A DNA stretch of 64,000 nucleotides from Auanema rhodensis (Eukaryota > Animalia > Nematoda), in the NCBI GenBank assembly GCA_964057225.1, contig OZ059898.1:124001-188000 (forward strand), in the 5' to 3' direction. How positions within the stretch are numbered: position 1 is the stretch's first letter; every line of letters begins with the position of its first letter. The translations under genes and the position numbers were made by a program. Below, one piece after another: positions 26,401 through 41,400 of the stretch. The notes under the pieces were generated by a model. It was not told where the DNA came from. It saw nothing but the letters and a program-made list of their open reading frames with translations, and made no database searches.

Positions 26401-29400
26401 AGTTCACGTAAAATTCAAAGTCATGGTTACCATGAACCAATATCAATAAAAATTTGTTTTTAGACTAATATGGACATGGGGAATCTAATTTTGAAAACCG
26501 CATCTCTTTATCTTTCACGTGAAGCGAGTTACATACCAAGTGCACATCACGTGTACATTTAATTAGCATAAATTAAAGTTCACGTAAATTTCAAAGTCAT
26601 GGTTACCATGAAGCAATATCAATAAAAATTTGTTTTTAGACTAATATGGACATGGGGAATCTAATTTTGAAAACCGCATTTCTTTATCTTTCAAGTGAAG
26701 CGAGTTACATACCAAGTGCACATCACGTGTACATTTAATTAGCATAAATTAAAGTTCACGTAAATTTCAAAGTCATGGTTACCATGAACCAATATCAATA
26801 AAAATTTAATTTTAGACTAATATGGACATGGGGAATCTAATTTTGAAAACCGCATCTCTTTATCTTTCACGTGAAGCGAGTTACATACCAAGTGCACATC
26901 ACGTGTACATTTAATTAGCATAAATTAAAGTTCACGTAAATTTCAAAGTCATGGTTACCATGAACCAATATCAATAAAAATTAGTTTTTAGACTAATATG
27001 GACATGGGGAATCTAATTTTGAAAACCGCATTTCTTTATCTTTCACGTGAAGCGAGTTACATACCAAGTGCACATCACGTGTACATTTAATTAGCATAAA
27101 TTAAAGTTCACGTAAAATTCAAAGTCATGGTTACCACGAACCAATATCAATAAAAATTTAATTTTAGACTAATATGGACATGGGGAATCTAATTTTGAAA
27201 ACCGCATCTCTTTATCTTTCACGTGAAGCGAGTTACATACCAAGTGCACATCACGTGTACATTTAATTAGCATAAATTAAAGTTCACGTAAATTTCAAAG
27301 TCATGGTTACCATGAACCAATATCAATAAAAATTTGTTTTTAGACTAATATGGACATGGGGAATCTAATTTTGAAAACCGCATTTCTTTATCTTTCAAGT
27401 GAAGCGAGTTACATACCAAGTGCACATCACGTGTACATTTAATTAGCATAAATTAAAGTTCACGTAAATTTCAAAGTCATGGTTACCATGAACCAATATC
27501 AATAAAAATTAGTTTTTAGACTAATATGGACATGGGGAATCTAATTTTGAAAACCGCCTTTCTTTATCTTTCACGTGAAGCGAGTTACATACCAAGTGCA
27601 CATCACGTGTACATTTAATTAGCATAAATTAAAGTTCACGTAAAATTCAAAGTCATGGTTACCATGAAGCAATATCAATAAAAATTAGTTTTTAGACTAA
27701 TATGGACATGGGGAATCTAATTTTGAAAACCGCATTTCTTTATCTTTCACGTGAAGCGAGTTACATACCAAGTGCACATCACGTGTACATTTAATTAGCA
27801 TAAATTAAAGTTCACGTAAAATTCAAAGTCATGGTTACCATGAACCAATATCAATAAAAATTTGTTTTTAGACTAATATGGACATGGGGAATCTAATTTT
27901 GAAAACCGCATCTCTTTATCTTTCACGTGAAGCGAGTTACATACCAAGTGCACATCACGTGTACATTTAATTAGCATAAATTAAAGTTCACGTAAATTTC
28001 AAAGTCATGGTTACCATGAAGCAATATCAATAAAAATTTGTTTTTAGACTAATATGGACATGGGGAATCTAATTTTGAAAACCGCATCTCTTTATCTTTC
28101 ACGTGAAGCGAGTTACATACCAAGTGCACATCACGTGTACATTTAATTAGCATTAATTAAAGTTCACGTAAATTTCAAAGTCATGGTTACCATGAACCAA
28201 TATCAATAAAAATTTGTTTTTAGACTAATATGGACATGGGGAATCTAATTTTGAAAACCGCATCTCTTTATCTTTCACGTGAAGCGAATTACATACCAAG
28301 TGCACATCACGTGTACATTTAATTAGCATAAATTAAAGTTCACGTAAATTTCAAAGTCATGGTTACCATGCACCAATATCAATAAAAATTTGTTTTTAGA
28401 CTAATATGGACATGGGGAATCTAATTTTGAAAACCGCATCTCTTTATCTTTCACGTGAAGCGAGTTACATACCAAGTGCACATCACGTGTACATTTAATT
28501 AGCATAAATTAAAGTTCACGTAAATTTCAAAGTCATGGTTACCATGAACCAATATCAATAAAAATTTGTTTTCAGACTAATATGGACATGGGGAATCTAA
28601 TTTTGAAAACCGCATCTCTTTATCTTTCACGTGAAGCGAGTTACATACCAAGTGCACATCACGTGTACATTTAATTAGCATAAATTAAAGTTCACGTAAA
28701 TTTCAAAGTCATGGTTACCATGCACCAATATCAATAAAAATTTGTTTTTAGACTAATATGGACATGGGGAATCTAATTTTGAAAACCGCATCTCTTTATC
28801 TTTCACGTGAAGCGAGTTACATACCAAGTGCACATCACGTGTACATTTAATTAGCATAAATTAAAGTTCACGTAAATTTCAAAGTCATGGTTACCATGAA
28901 GCAATATCAATAAAAATTTGTTTTTAGACTAATATGGACATGGGGAATCTAATTTTGAAAACCGCATCTCTTTATCTTTCACGTGAAGCGAGTTACATAC
29001 CAAGTGCACATCACGTGTACATTTAATTAGCATAAATTAAAGTTCACGTAAATTTCAAAGTCATGGTTACCATGAAGCAATATCAATAAAAATTTGTTTT
29101 TAGACTAATATGGACATGGGGAATCTAATTTTGAAAACCGCATCTCTTTATCTTTCACGTGAAGCGAGTTACATACCAAGTGCACATCACGTGTACATTT
29201 AATTAGCATTAATTAAAGTTCACGTAAATTTCAAAGTCATGGTTACCATGAACCAATATCAATAAAAATTTGTTTTTAGACTAATATGGACATGGGGAAT
29301 CTAATTTTGAAAACCGCATCTCTTTATCTTTCACGTGAAGCGAGTTACATACCAAGTGCACATCACGTGTACATTTAATTAGCATAAATTAAAGTTCACG

Positions 29401-32400
29401 TAAATTTCAAAGTCATGGTTACCATGAACCAATATCAATAAAAATTTGTTTTTAGACTAATATGGACATGGGGAATCTAATTTTGGAAACCGCATTTCTT
29501 TATCTTTCACGTGAAGCGAGTTACATACCAAGTGCACATCACGTGTACATTTAATTAGCATAAATTAAAGTTCACGTAAATTTCAAAGTCATGGTTACCA
29601 TGCACCAATATCAATAAAAATTTGTTTTTAGACTAATATGGACATGGGGAATCTAATTTTGAGAACCGCATCTCTTTATCTTTCACGTGAAGCGAGTTAC
29701 ATACCAAGTGCACATCACGTGTACATTTAATTAGCATAAATTAAAGTTCACGTAAATTTCAAAGTCATGGTTACCATGCACCAATATCAATAAAAATTTG
29801 TTTTTAGACTAATATGGACATGGGAAATCTAATTTTGAAAACCGCATCTCTTTATCTTTCACGTGAAGCGAGTTACATACCAAGTGCACATCACGTGTAC
29901 ATTTAATTAGCATAAATTAAAGTTCACGTAAATTTCAAAGTCATGGTTACCATGAACCAATATCAATAAAAATTTGTTTTTAGACTAATATGGACATGGG
30001 GAATCTAATTTTGAAAACCGCATCTCTTTATCTTTCACGTGAAGCGAGTTACATACCGAGTGCACATCACGTGTACATTTAATTAGCATAAATTAAAGTT
30101 CACGTAAATTTCAAAGTCATGGTTACCATGCACCAATATCAATAAAAATTTGTTTTTAGACTAATATGGACATGGGGAATCTAATTTTGAAAACCGCATC
30201 TCTTTATCTTTCACGTGAAGCGAGTTACATACCAAGTGCACATCACGTGTACATTTAATAAGCATAAATTAAAGTTCACGTAAATTTCAAAGTCATGGTT
30301 ACCATGAACCAATATCAATAAAAATTTGTTTTTAGACTAATATGGACATGGGGAATCTAATTTTGAAAACCGCATCTCTTTATCTTTCACGTGAAGCGAG
30401 TTACATACCAAGTGCACATCACGTGTACATTTAATTAGCATAAATTAAAGTTCACGTAAATTTCAAAGTCATGGTTACCATGAAGCAATATCAATAAGAA
30501 TTTGTTTTTAGACTAATATGGACATGGGGAATCTAATTTTGAAAACCGCATCTCTTTATCTTTCACGTGAAGCGAGTTACATACCAAGTGCACATCACGT
30601 GTACATTTAATTAGCATAAATTAAAGTTCACGTAAATTTCAAAGTCATGGTTACCATGAAGCAATATCAATAAGAATTTGTTTTTAGACTAATATGGACA
30701 TGGGGAATCTAATTTTGAAAACCGCATCTCTTTATCTTTCACGTGAAGCGAGTTACATACCAAGTGCACATCACGTGTACATTTAATTAGCATAAATTAA
30801 AGTTCACGTAAATTTCAAAGTCATGGTTACCATGAAGCAATATCAATAAGAATTTGTTTTTAGACTAATATGGACATGGGGAATCTAATTTTGAAAACCG
30901 CATCTCTTTATCTTTCACGTGAAGCGAGTTACATACCAAGTGCACATCACGTGTACATTTAATAAGCATAAATTAAAGTTCACGTAAATTTCAAAGTCAT
31001 GGTTACCATGAACCAATATCAATAAAAACTTGTTTTTAGACTAATATGGACATGAGGAATCTAATTTTGAAAACCGCATCTCTTTATCTTTCACGTGAAG
31101 CGAGTTACATACCAAGTGCACATCACGTGTACATTTAATTAGCATAAATTAAAGTTCACGTAAATTTCAAAGTCATGGTTACCATGAACCAATATCAATA
31201 AAAATTTGTTTTTAGACTAATATGGACATGGGGAATCTAATTTTGAAAACCGCATCTCTTCATCTTTCACGTGAAGCGAGTTACATACCAAGTGCACATC
31301 ACGTGTACATTTAATTAGCATAAATTAAAGTTCACGTAAATTTCAAAGTCATGGTTACCATGCACCAATATCAATAAAAATTTGTTTTTAGACTAATATG
31401 GACATGGGGAATCTAATTTTGAAAACCGCATCTCTTTATCTTTCACGTGAAGCGAGTTACATACCAAGTGCACATCACGTGTACATTTAATTAGCATAAA
31501 TTAAAGTTCACGTAAATTTCAAAGTCATGGTTACCATGCACCAATATCAATAAAAATTTGTTTTTAGACTAATATGGACATGGGGAATCTAATTTTGAAA
31601 ACCGCATCTCTTTATCTTTCACGTGAAGCGAGTTACATACCAAGTGCACATCACGTGTACATTTAATTAGCATAAATTAAAGTTCACGTAAATTTCAAAG
31701 TCATGGTTACCATGAACCAATATCAATAAAAATTTGTTTTTAGACTAATATGGACATGGGGAATCTAATTTTGAAAACCGCATCTCTTCATCTTTCACGT
31801 GAAGCGAGTTACATACCAAGTGCACATCACGTGTACATTTAATTAGCATAAATTAAAGTTCACGTAAATTTCAAAGTCATGGTTACCATGCACCAATATC
31901 AATAAAAATTTGTTTTTAGACTAATATGGACATGGGGAATCTAATTTGGAAAACCGAATCTCTTTATCTTTCACGTGAAGCGAGTTACATACCAAGTGCA
32001 CATCACGTGTACATTTAATTAGCATAAATTAAAGTTCACGTAAATTTCAAAGTCATGGTTACCATGAAGCAATATCAATAAAAATTTGTTTTTAGACTAA
32101 TATGGACATGGGGAATCTAATTTTGAAAACCGCATCTCTTTATCTTTCACGTGAAGCGAGTTACATACCAAGTGCACATCACGTGTACATTTAATTAGCA
32201 TAAATTAAAGTTCACGTAAATTTCAAAGTCATGGTTACCATGAACCAATATCAATAAAAATTTGTTTTTAGACTAATATGGACATGGGGAATCTAATTTT
32301 GGAAACCGCATTTCTTTATCTTTCACGTGAAGCGAGTTACATACCAAGTGCACATCACGTGTACATTTAATTAGCATAAATTAAAGTTCACGTAAATTTC

Positions 32401-35400
32401 AAAGTCATGGTTACCATGCACCAATATCAATAAAAATTTGTTTTTAGACTAATATGGACATGGGGAATCTAATTTTGAGAACCGCATCTCTTTATCTTTC
32501 ACGTGAAGCGAGTTACATACCAAGTGCACATCACGTGTACATTTAATTAGCATAAATTAAAGTTCACGTAAATTTCAAAGTCATGGTTACCATGCACCAA
32601 TATCAATAAAAATTTGTTTTTAGACTAATATGGACATGGGGAATCTAATTTTGAAAACCGCATCTCTTTATCTTTCACGTGAAGCGAGTTACATACCAAG
32701 TGCACATCACGTGTACATTTAATTAGCATAAATTAAAGTTCACGTAAATTTCAAAGTCATGGTTACCATGAACCAATATCAATAAAAATTTGTTTTTAGA
32801 CTAATATGGACATGGGGAATCTAATTTTGAAAACCGCATCTCTTTATCTTTCACGTGAAGCGAGTTACATACCGAGTGCACATCACGTGTACATTTAATT
32901 AGCATAAATTAAAGTTCACGTAAATTTCAAAGTCATGGTTACCATGCACCAATATCAATAAAAATTTGTTTTTAGACTAATATGGACATGGGGAATCTAA
33001 TTTTGAAAACCGCATCTCTTTATCTTTCACGTGAAGCGAGTTACATACCAAGTGCACATCACGTGTACATTTAATTAGCATAAATTAAAGTTCACGTAAA
33101 TTTCAAAGTCATGGTTACCATGCACCAATATCAATAAAAATTTGTTTTTAGACTAATATGGACATGGGGAATCTAATTTTGAAAACCGCATCTCTTTATC
33201 TTTCACGTGAAGCGAGTTACATACCAAGTGCACATCACGTGTACATTTAATTAGCATAAATTAAAGTTCACGTAAATTTCAAAGTCATGGTTACCATGAA
33301 CCAATATCAATAAAAATTTGTTTTTAGACTAATATGGACATGGGGAATCTAATTTTGAAAACCGCATCTCTTCATCTTTCACGTGAAGCGAGTTACATAC
33401 CAAGTGCACATCACGTGTACATTTAATTAGCATAAATTAAAGTTCACGTAAATTTCAAAGTCATGGTTACCATGCACCAATATCAATAAAAATTTGTTTT
33501 TAGACTAATATGGACATGGGGAATCTAATTTTGAAAACCGAATCTCTTTATCTTTCACGTGAAGCGAGTTACATACCAAGTGCACATCACGTGTACATTT
33601 AATTAGCATAAATTAAAGTTCACGTAAATTTCAAAGTCATGGTTACCATGAAGCAATATCAATAAAAATTTGTTTTTAGACTAATATGGACATGGGGAAT
33701 CTAATTTTGAAAACCGCATCTCTTTATCTTTCACGTGAAGCGAGTTACATACCAAGTGCACATCACGTGTACATTTAATTAGCATAAATTAAAGTTCACG
33801 TAAATTTCAAAGTCATGGTTACCATGAAGCAATATCAATAAGAATTTGTTTTTAGACTAATATGGACATGGGGAATCTAATTTTGAAAACCGCATCTCTT
33901 TATCTTTCACGTGAAGCGAGTTACATACCAAGTGCACATCACGTGTACATTTAATAAGCATAAATTAAAGTTCACGTAAATTTCAAAGTCATGGTTACCA
34001 TGAACCAATATCAATAAAAATTTGTTTTTAGACTAATATGGACATGAGGAATCTAATTTTGAAAACCGCATTTCTTTATCTTTCACGTGAAGCGAGTTAC
34101 ATACCAAGTGCACATCACGTGTACATTTAATTAGCATAAATTAAAGTTCACGTAAATTTCAAAGTCATGGTTACCATGAAGCAATATCAATAAAAATTTG
34201 TTTTTAGACTAATATGGACATGGGGAATCTAATTTTGAAAACCGCATCTCTTTATCTTTCACGTGAAGCGAGTTACATACCAAGTGCACATCACGTGTAC
34301 ATTTAATTAGCATAAATTAAAGTTCACGTAAATTTCAAAGTCATGGTTACCATGAAGCAATATCAATAAAAATTTGTTTTTAGACTAATATGGACATGGG
34401 GAATCTAATTTTGAAAACCGCATCTCTTTATCTTTCACGTGAAGCGAGTTACATACCAAGTGCACATCACGTGTACATTTAATTAGCATAAATTAAAGTT
34501 CACGTAAATTTCAAAGTCATGGTTACCATGAACCAATATCAATAAAAATTTGTTTTTAGACTAATATGGACATGAGGAATCTAATTTTGAAAACCGCATT
34601 TCTTTATCTTTCACGTGAAGCGAGTTACATACCAAGTGCACATCACGTGTACATTTAATTAGCATAAATTAAAGTTCACGTAAATTTCAAAGTCATGGTT
34701 ACCATGAAGCAATATCAATAAAAATTTGTTTTTAGACTAATATGGACATGGGGAATCTAATTTTGAAAACCACATCTCTTTATCTTTCACGTGAAGCGAG
34801 TTACATACCAAGTGCACATCACGTGTACATTTAATTAGCATAAATTAAAGTTCACGTAAATTTCAAAGTCATGGTTACCATGAACCAATATCAATAAAAA
34901 TTTGTTTTTAGACTAATATGGACATGGGGAATCTAATTTTGAAAACCGCATCTCTTTATCTTTCACGTGAAGCGAGTTACATACCAAGTGCACATCACGT
35001 GTACATTTAATTAGCATAAATTAAAGTTCACGTAAATTTCAAAGTCATGGTTACCATGAACCAATATCAATAAAAATTTGTTTTTAGACTAATATGGACA
35101 TGGGGAATCTAATTTTGAAAACCGCATCTCTTTATCTTTCACGTGAAGCGAGTTACATACCAAGTGCACATCACGTGTACATTTAATTAGCATAAATTAA
35201 AGTTCACGTAAATTTCAAAGTCATGGTTACCATGCACCAATATCAATAAAAATTTGTTTTTAGACTAATATGGACATGGGGAATCTAATTTTGAAAACCG
35301 CATCTCTTTATCTTTCACGTGAAGCGAGTTACATACCAAGTGCACATCACGTGTACATTTAATTAGCATAAATTAAAGTTCACGTAAATTTCAAAGTCAT

Positions 35401-38400
35401 GGTTACCATGAACCAATATCAATAAAAATTTGTTTTTAGACTAATATGGACATGGGGAATCTAATTTTGAAAACCGCATCTCTTCATCTTTCACGTGAAG
35501 CGAGTTACATACCAAGTGCACATCACGTGTACATTTAATTAGCATAAATTAAAGTTCACGTAAATTTCAAAGTCATGGTTACCATGAACCAATATCAATA
35601 AAAATTTGTTTTTAGACTAATATGGACATGGGGAATCTAATTTTGAAAACCGCATCTCTTTATCTTTCACGTGAAGCGAGTTACATACCAAGTGCACATC
35701 ACGTGTACATTTAATTAGCATAAATTAAAGTTCACGTAAATTTCAAAGTCATGGTTACCATGCACCAATATCAATAAAAATTTGTTTTTAGACTAATATG
35801 AACATGGGGAATCTAATTTTGAAAACCGCATCTCTTTATCTTTCACGTGAAGCGAGTTACACACCAAGTGCACATCACGTGTACATTTAATTAGCATAAA
35901 TTAAAGTTCACGTAAATTTCAAAGTCATGGTTACCATGAACCAATATCAATAAAAATTTGTTTTTAGACTAATATGGACATGGGGAATCTAATTTTGAAA
36001 ACCGCATCTCTTCATCTTTCACGTGAAGCGAGTTACATACCAAGTGCACATCACGTGTACATTTAATTAGCATAAATTAAAGTTCACGTAAATTTCAAAG
36101 TCATGGTTACCATGCACCAATATCAATAAAAATTTGTTTTTAGACTAATATGGACATGGGGAATCTAATTTTGAAAACCGAATCTCTTTATCTTTCACGT
36201 GAAGCGAGTTACATACCAAGTGCACATCACGTGTACATTTAATAAGCATAAATTAAAGTTCACGTAAATTTCAAAGTCATGGTTACCATGAACCAATATC
36301 AATAAAAATTTGTTTTTAGACTAATATGGACATGGGGAATCTAATTTTGAAAACCGCATCTCTTTATCTTTCACGTGAAGCGAGTTACATACCAAGTGCA
36401 CATCACGTGTACATTTAATTAGCATAAATTAAAGTTCACGTAAATTTCAAAGTCATGGTTACCATGAACCAATATCAATAAAAATTTGTTTTTAGACTAA
36501 TATGGACATGAGGAATCTAATTTTGAAAACCGCATTTCTTTATCTTTCACGTGAAGCGAGTTACATACCAAGTGCACATCACGTGTACATTTAATTAGCA
36601 TAAATTAAAGTTCACGTAAATTTCAAAGTCATGGTTACCATGAAGCAATATCAATAAAAATTTGTTTTTAGAATAATATGGACATGGGGAATCTAATTTT
36701 GAAAACCGCATCTCTTTATCTTTCACGTGAAGCGAGTTACATACCAAGTGCACATCACGTGTACATTTAATTAGCATAAATTAAAGTTCACGTAAATTTC
36801 AAAGTCATGGTTACCATGCACCAATATCAATAAAAATTTGTTTTTAGACTAATATGGACATGGGGAATCTAATTTTGAAAACCGCATCTCTTTATCTTTC
36901 ACGTGAAGCGAGTTACATACCAAGTGCACATCACGTGTACATTTAATTAGCATAAATTAAAGTTCACGTAAATTTCAAAGTCATGGTTACCATGAACCAA
37001 TATCAATAAAAATTTGTTTTTAGACTAATATGGACATGGGGAATCTAATTTTGAAAACCGCATCTCTTCATCTTTCACGTGAAGCGAGTTACATACCAAG
37101 TGCACATCACGTGTACATTTAATTAGCATAAATTAAAGTTCACGTAAATTTCAAAGTCATGGTTACCATGCACCAATATCAATAAAAATTTGTTTTTAGA
37201 CTAATATGGACATGGGGAATCTAATTTTGAAAACCGCATCTCTTTATCTTTCACGTGAAGCGAGTTACATACCAAGTGCACATCACGTGTACATTTAATT
37301 AGCATAAATTAAAGTTCACGTAAATTTCAAAGTCATGGTTACCATGAAGCAATATCAATAAGAATTTGTTTTTAGACTAATATGGACATGGGGAATCTAA
37401 TTTTGAAAACCGCATCTCTTTATCTTTCACGTGAAGCGAGTTACATACCAAGTGCACATCACGTGTACATTTAATTAGCATAAATTAAAGTTCACGTAAA
37501 TTTCAAAGTCATGGTTACCATGAACCAATATCAATAAAAATTTGTTTTTAGACTAATATGGACATGAGGAATCTAATTTTGAAAACCGCATTTCTTTATC
37601 TTTCACGTGAAGCGAGTTACATACCAAGTGCACATCACGTGTACATTTAATTAGCATAAATTAAAGTTCACGTAAATTTCAAAGTCATGGTTACCATGAA
37701 GCAATATCAATAAAAATTTGTTTTTAGACTAATATGGACATGGGGAATCTAATTTTGAAAACCGCATCTCTTTATCTTTCACGTGAAGCGAGTTACATAC
37801 CAAGTGCACATCACGTGTACATTTAATTAGCATAAATTAAAGTTCACGTAAATTTCAAAGTCATGGTTACCATGAAGCAATATCAATAAAAATTTGTTTT
37901 TAGACTAATATGGACATGGGGAATCTAATTTTGAAAACCGCATCTCTTTATCTTTCACGTGAAGCGAGTTACATACCAAGTGCACATCACGTGTACATTT
38001 AATTAGCATAAATTAAAGTTCACGTAAATTTCAAAGTCATGGTTACCATGAACCAATATCAATAAAAATTTGTTTTTAGACTAATATGGACATGAGGAAT
38101 CTAATTTTGAAAACCGCATTTCTTTATCTTTCACGTGAAGCGAGTTACATACCAAGTGCACATCACGTGTACATTTAATTAGCATAAATTAAAGTTCACG
38201 TAAATTTCAAAGTCATGGTTACCATGAAGCAATATCAATAAAAATTTGTTTTTAGACTAATATGGACATGGGGAATCTAATTTTGAAAACCACATCTCTT
38301 TATCTTTCACGTGAAGCGAGTTACATACCAAGTGCACATCACGTGTACATTTAATTAGCATAAATTAAAGTTCACGTAAATTTCAAAGTCATGGTTACCA

Positions 38401-41400
38401 TGAACCAATATCAATAAAAATTTGTTTTTAGACTAATATGGACATGGGGAATCTAATTTTGAAAACCGCATCTCTTTATCTTTCACGTGAAGCGAGTTAC
38501 ATACCAAGTGCACATCACGTGTACATTTAATTAGCATAAATTAAAGTTCACGTAAATTTCAAAGTCATGGTTACCATGAACCAATATCAATAAAAATTTG
38601 TTTTTAGACTAATATGGACATGGGGAATCTAATTTTGAAAACCGCATCTCTTTATCTTTCACGTGAAGCGAGTTACATACCAAGTGCACATCACGTGTAC
38701 ATTTAATTAGCATAAATTAAAGTTCACGTAAATTTCAAAGTCATGGTTACCATGCACCAATATCAATAAAAATTTGTTTTTAGACTAATATGGACATGGG
38801 GAATCTAATTTTGAAAACCGCATCTCTTTATCTTTCACGTGAAGCGAGTTACATACCAAGTGCACATCACGTGTACATTTAATTAGCATAAATTAAAGTT
38901 CACGTAAATTTCAAAGTCATGGTTACCATGCACCAATATCAATAAAAATTTGTTTTTAGACTAATATGGACATGGGGAATCTAATTTTGAAAACCGCATC
39001 TCTTTATCTTTCACGTGAAGCGAGTTACATACCAAGTGCACATCACGTGTACATTTAATTAGCATAAATTAAAGTTCACGTAAATTTCAAAGTCATGGTT
39101 ACCATGAACCAATATCAATAAAAATTTGTTTTTAGACTAATATGGACATGGGGAATCTAATTTTGAAAACCGCATCTCTTCATCTTTCACGTGAAGCGAG
39201 TTACATACCAAGTGCACATCACGTGTACATTTAATTAGCATAAATTAAAGTTCACGTAAATTTCAAAGTCATGGTTACCATGCACCAATATCAATAAAAA
39301 TTTGTTTTTAGACTAATATGGACATGGGGAATCTAATTTTGAAAACCGCATCTCTTTATCTTTCACGTGAAGCGAGTTACATACCAAGTGCACATCACAT
39401 GTACATTTAATTAGCATAAATTAAAGTTCACGTAAATTTCAAAGTCATGGTTACCATGCACCAATATCAATAAAAATTTGTTTTTAGACTAATATGGACA
39501 GGGGGAATCTAATTTTGAAAACCGCATCTCTTTATCTTTCACGTGAAGCGAGTTACATACCAAGTGCACATCACGTGTACATTTAATTAGCATAAATTAA
39601 AGTTCACGTAAGTTTCAAAGTCATGGTTACCATGAAGCAATATCAATAAAAATTTGTTTTTAGACTAATATGGACATGGGGAATCTAATTTTGAAAACCG
39701 CATCTCTTTATCTTTCACGTGAAGCGAGTTACATACCAAGTGCACATCACGTGTACATTTAATTAGCATAAATTAAAGTTCACGTAAATTTCAAAGTCAT
39801 GGTTACCATGAACCAATATCAATAAAAATTTGTTTTTAGACTAATATGGACATGGGGAATCTAATTTTGAAAACCGCATCTCTTTATCTTTCACGTGAAG
39901 CGAGTTACATACCAAGTGCACATCACGTGTACATTTAATTAGCATAAATTAAAGTTCACGTAAATTTCAAAGTCATGGTTACCATGCACCAATATCAATA
40001 AAAATTTGTTTTTAGACTAATATGGACATGGGGAATCTAATTTTGAAAACCGCATCTCTTTATCTTTCACGTGAAGCGAGTTACATACCAAGTGCACATC
40101 ACGTGTACATTTAATTAGCATAAATTAAAGTTCACGTAAATTTCAAAGTCATGGTTACCATGAAGCAATATCAATAAAAATTTGTTTTTAGACTAATATG
40201 GACATGGGGAATCTAATTTTGAAAACCGCATCTCTTTATCTTTCACGTGAAGCGAGTTACATACCAAGTGCACATCACGTGTACATTTAATTAGCATAAA
40301 TTAAAGTTCACGTAAATTTCAAAGTCATGGTTACCATGAAGCAATATCAATAAAAATTTGTTTTTAGACTAATATGGACAGGGGGAATCTAATTTTGAAA
40401 ACCGCATCTCTTTATCTTTCACGTGAAGCGAGTTACATACCAAGTGCACATCACGTGTACATTTAATTAGCATAAATTAAAGTTCACGTAAATTTCAAAG
40501 TCATGGTTACCATGAAGCAATATCAATAAAAATTTGTTTTTAGACTAATATGGACATGGGGAATCTAATTTTGAAAACCGCATCTCTTTATCTTTCACGT
40601 GAAGCGAGTTACATACCAAGTGCACATCACGTGTACATTTAATTAGCATAAATTAAAGTTCACGTAAATTTCAAAGTCATGGTTACCATGCACCAATATC
40701 AATAAAAATTTGTTTTTAGACTAATATGGACATGGGGAATCTAATTTTGAAAACCGCATCTCTTTATCTTTCACGTTAAGCGAGTTACATACCAAGTGCA
40801 CATCACGTGTACATTTAATTAGCATAAATTAAAGTTCACGTAAATTTCAAAGTCATGGTTACCATGCACCAATATCAATAAAAATTTGTTTTTAGACTAA
40901 TATGGACATGGGGAATCTAATTTTGAAAACCGCATCTCTTTATCTTTCACGTGAAGCGAGTTACATACCAAGTGCACATCACGTGTACATTTAATTAGCA
41001 TAAATTAAAGTTCACGTAAATTTCAAAGTCATGGTTACCATGAACCAATATCAATAAAAATTTGTTTTTAGACTAATATGGACATGGGGAATCTAATTTT
41101 GAAAACCGCATCTCTTTATCTTTCACGTGAAGCGAGTTACATACCAAGTGCACATCACGTGTACATTTAATTAGCATAAATTAAAGTTCACGTAAATTTC
41201 AAAGTCATGGTTACCATGCACCAATATCAATAAAAATTTGTTTTTAGACTAATATGGACATGGGGAATCTAATTTTGAAAACCGCATCTCTTTATCTTTC
41301 ACGTGAAGCGAGTTACATACCAAGTGCACATCACGTGTACATTTAATTAGCATAAATTAAAGTTCACGTAAATTTCAAAGTCATGGTTACCATGCACCAA

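Noticed and set aside
36595-36777. 60-aa minus-strand ORF
   Set aside because: It is the satellite read in reverse. A single C65A change (36673) removes the TAG stop present in other monomers. There is no recognisable domain or gene context.
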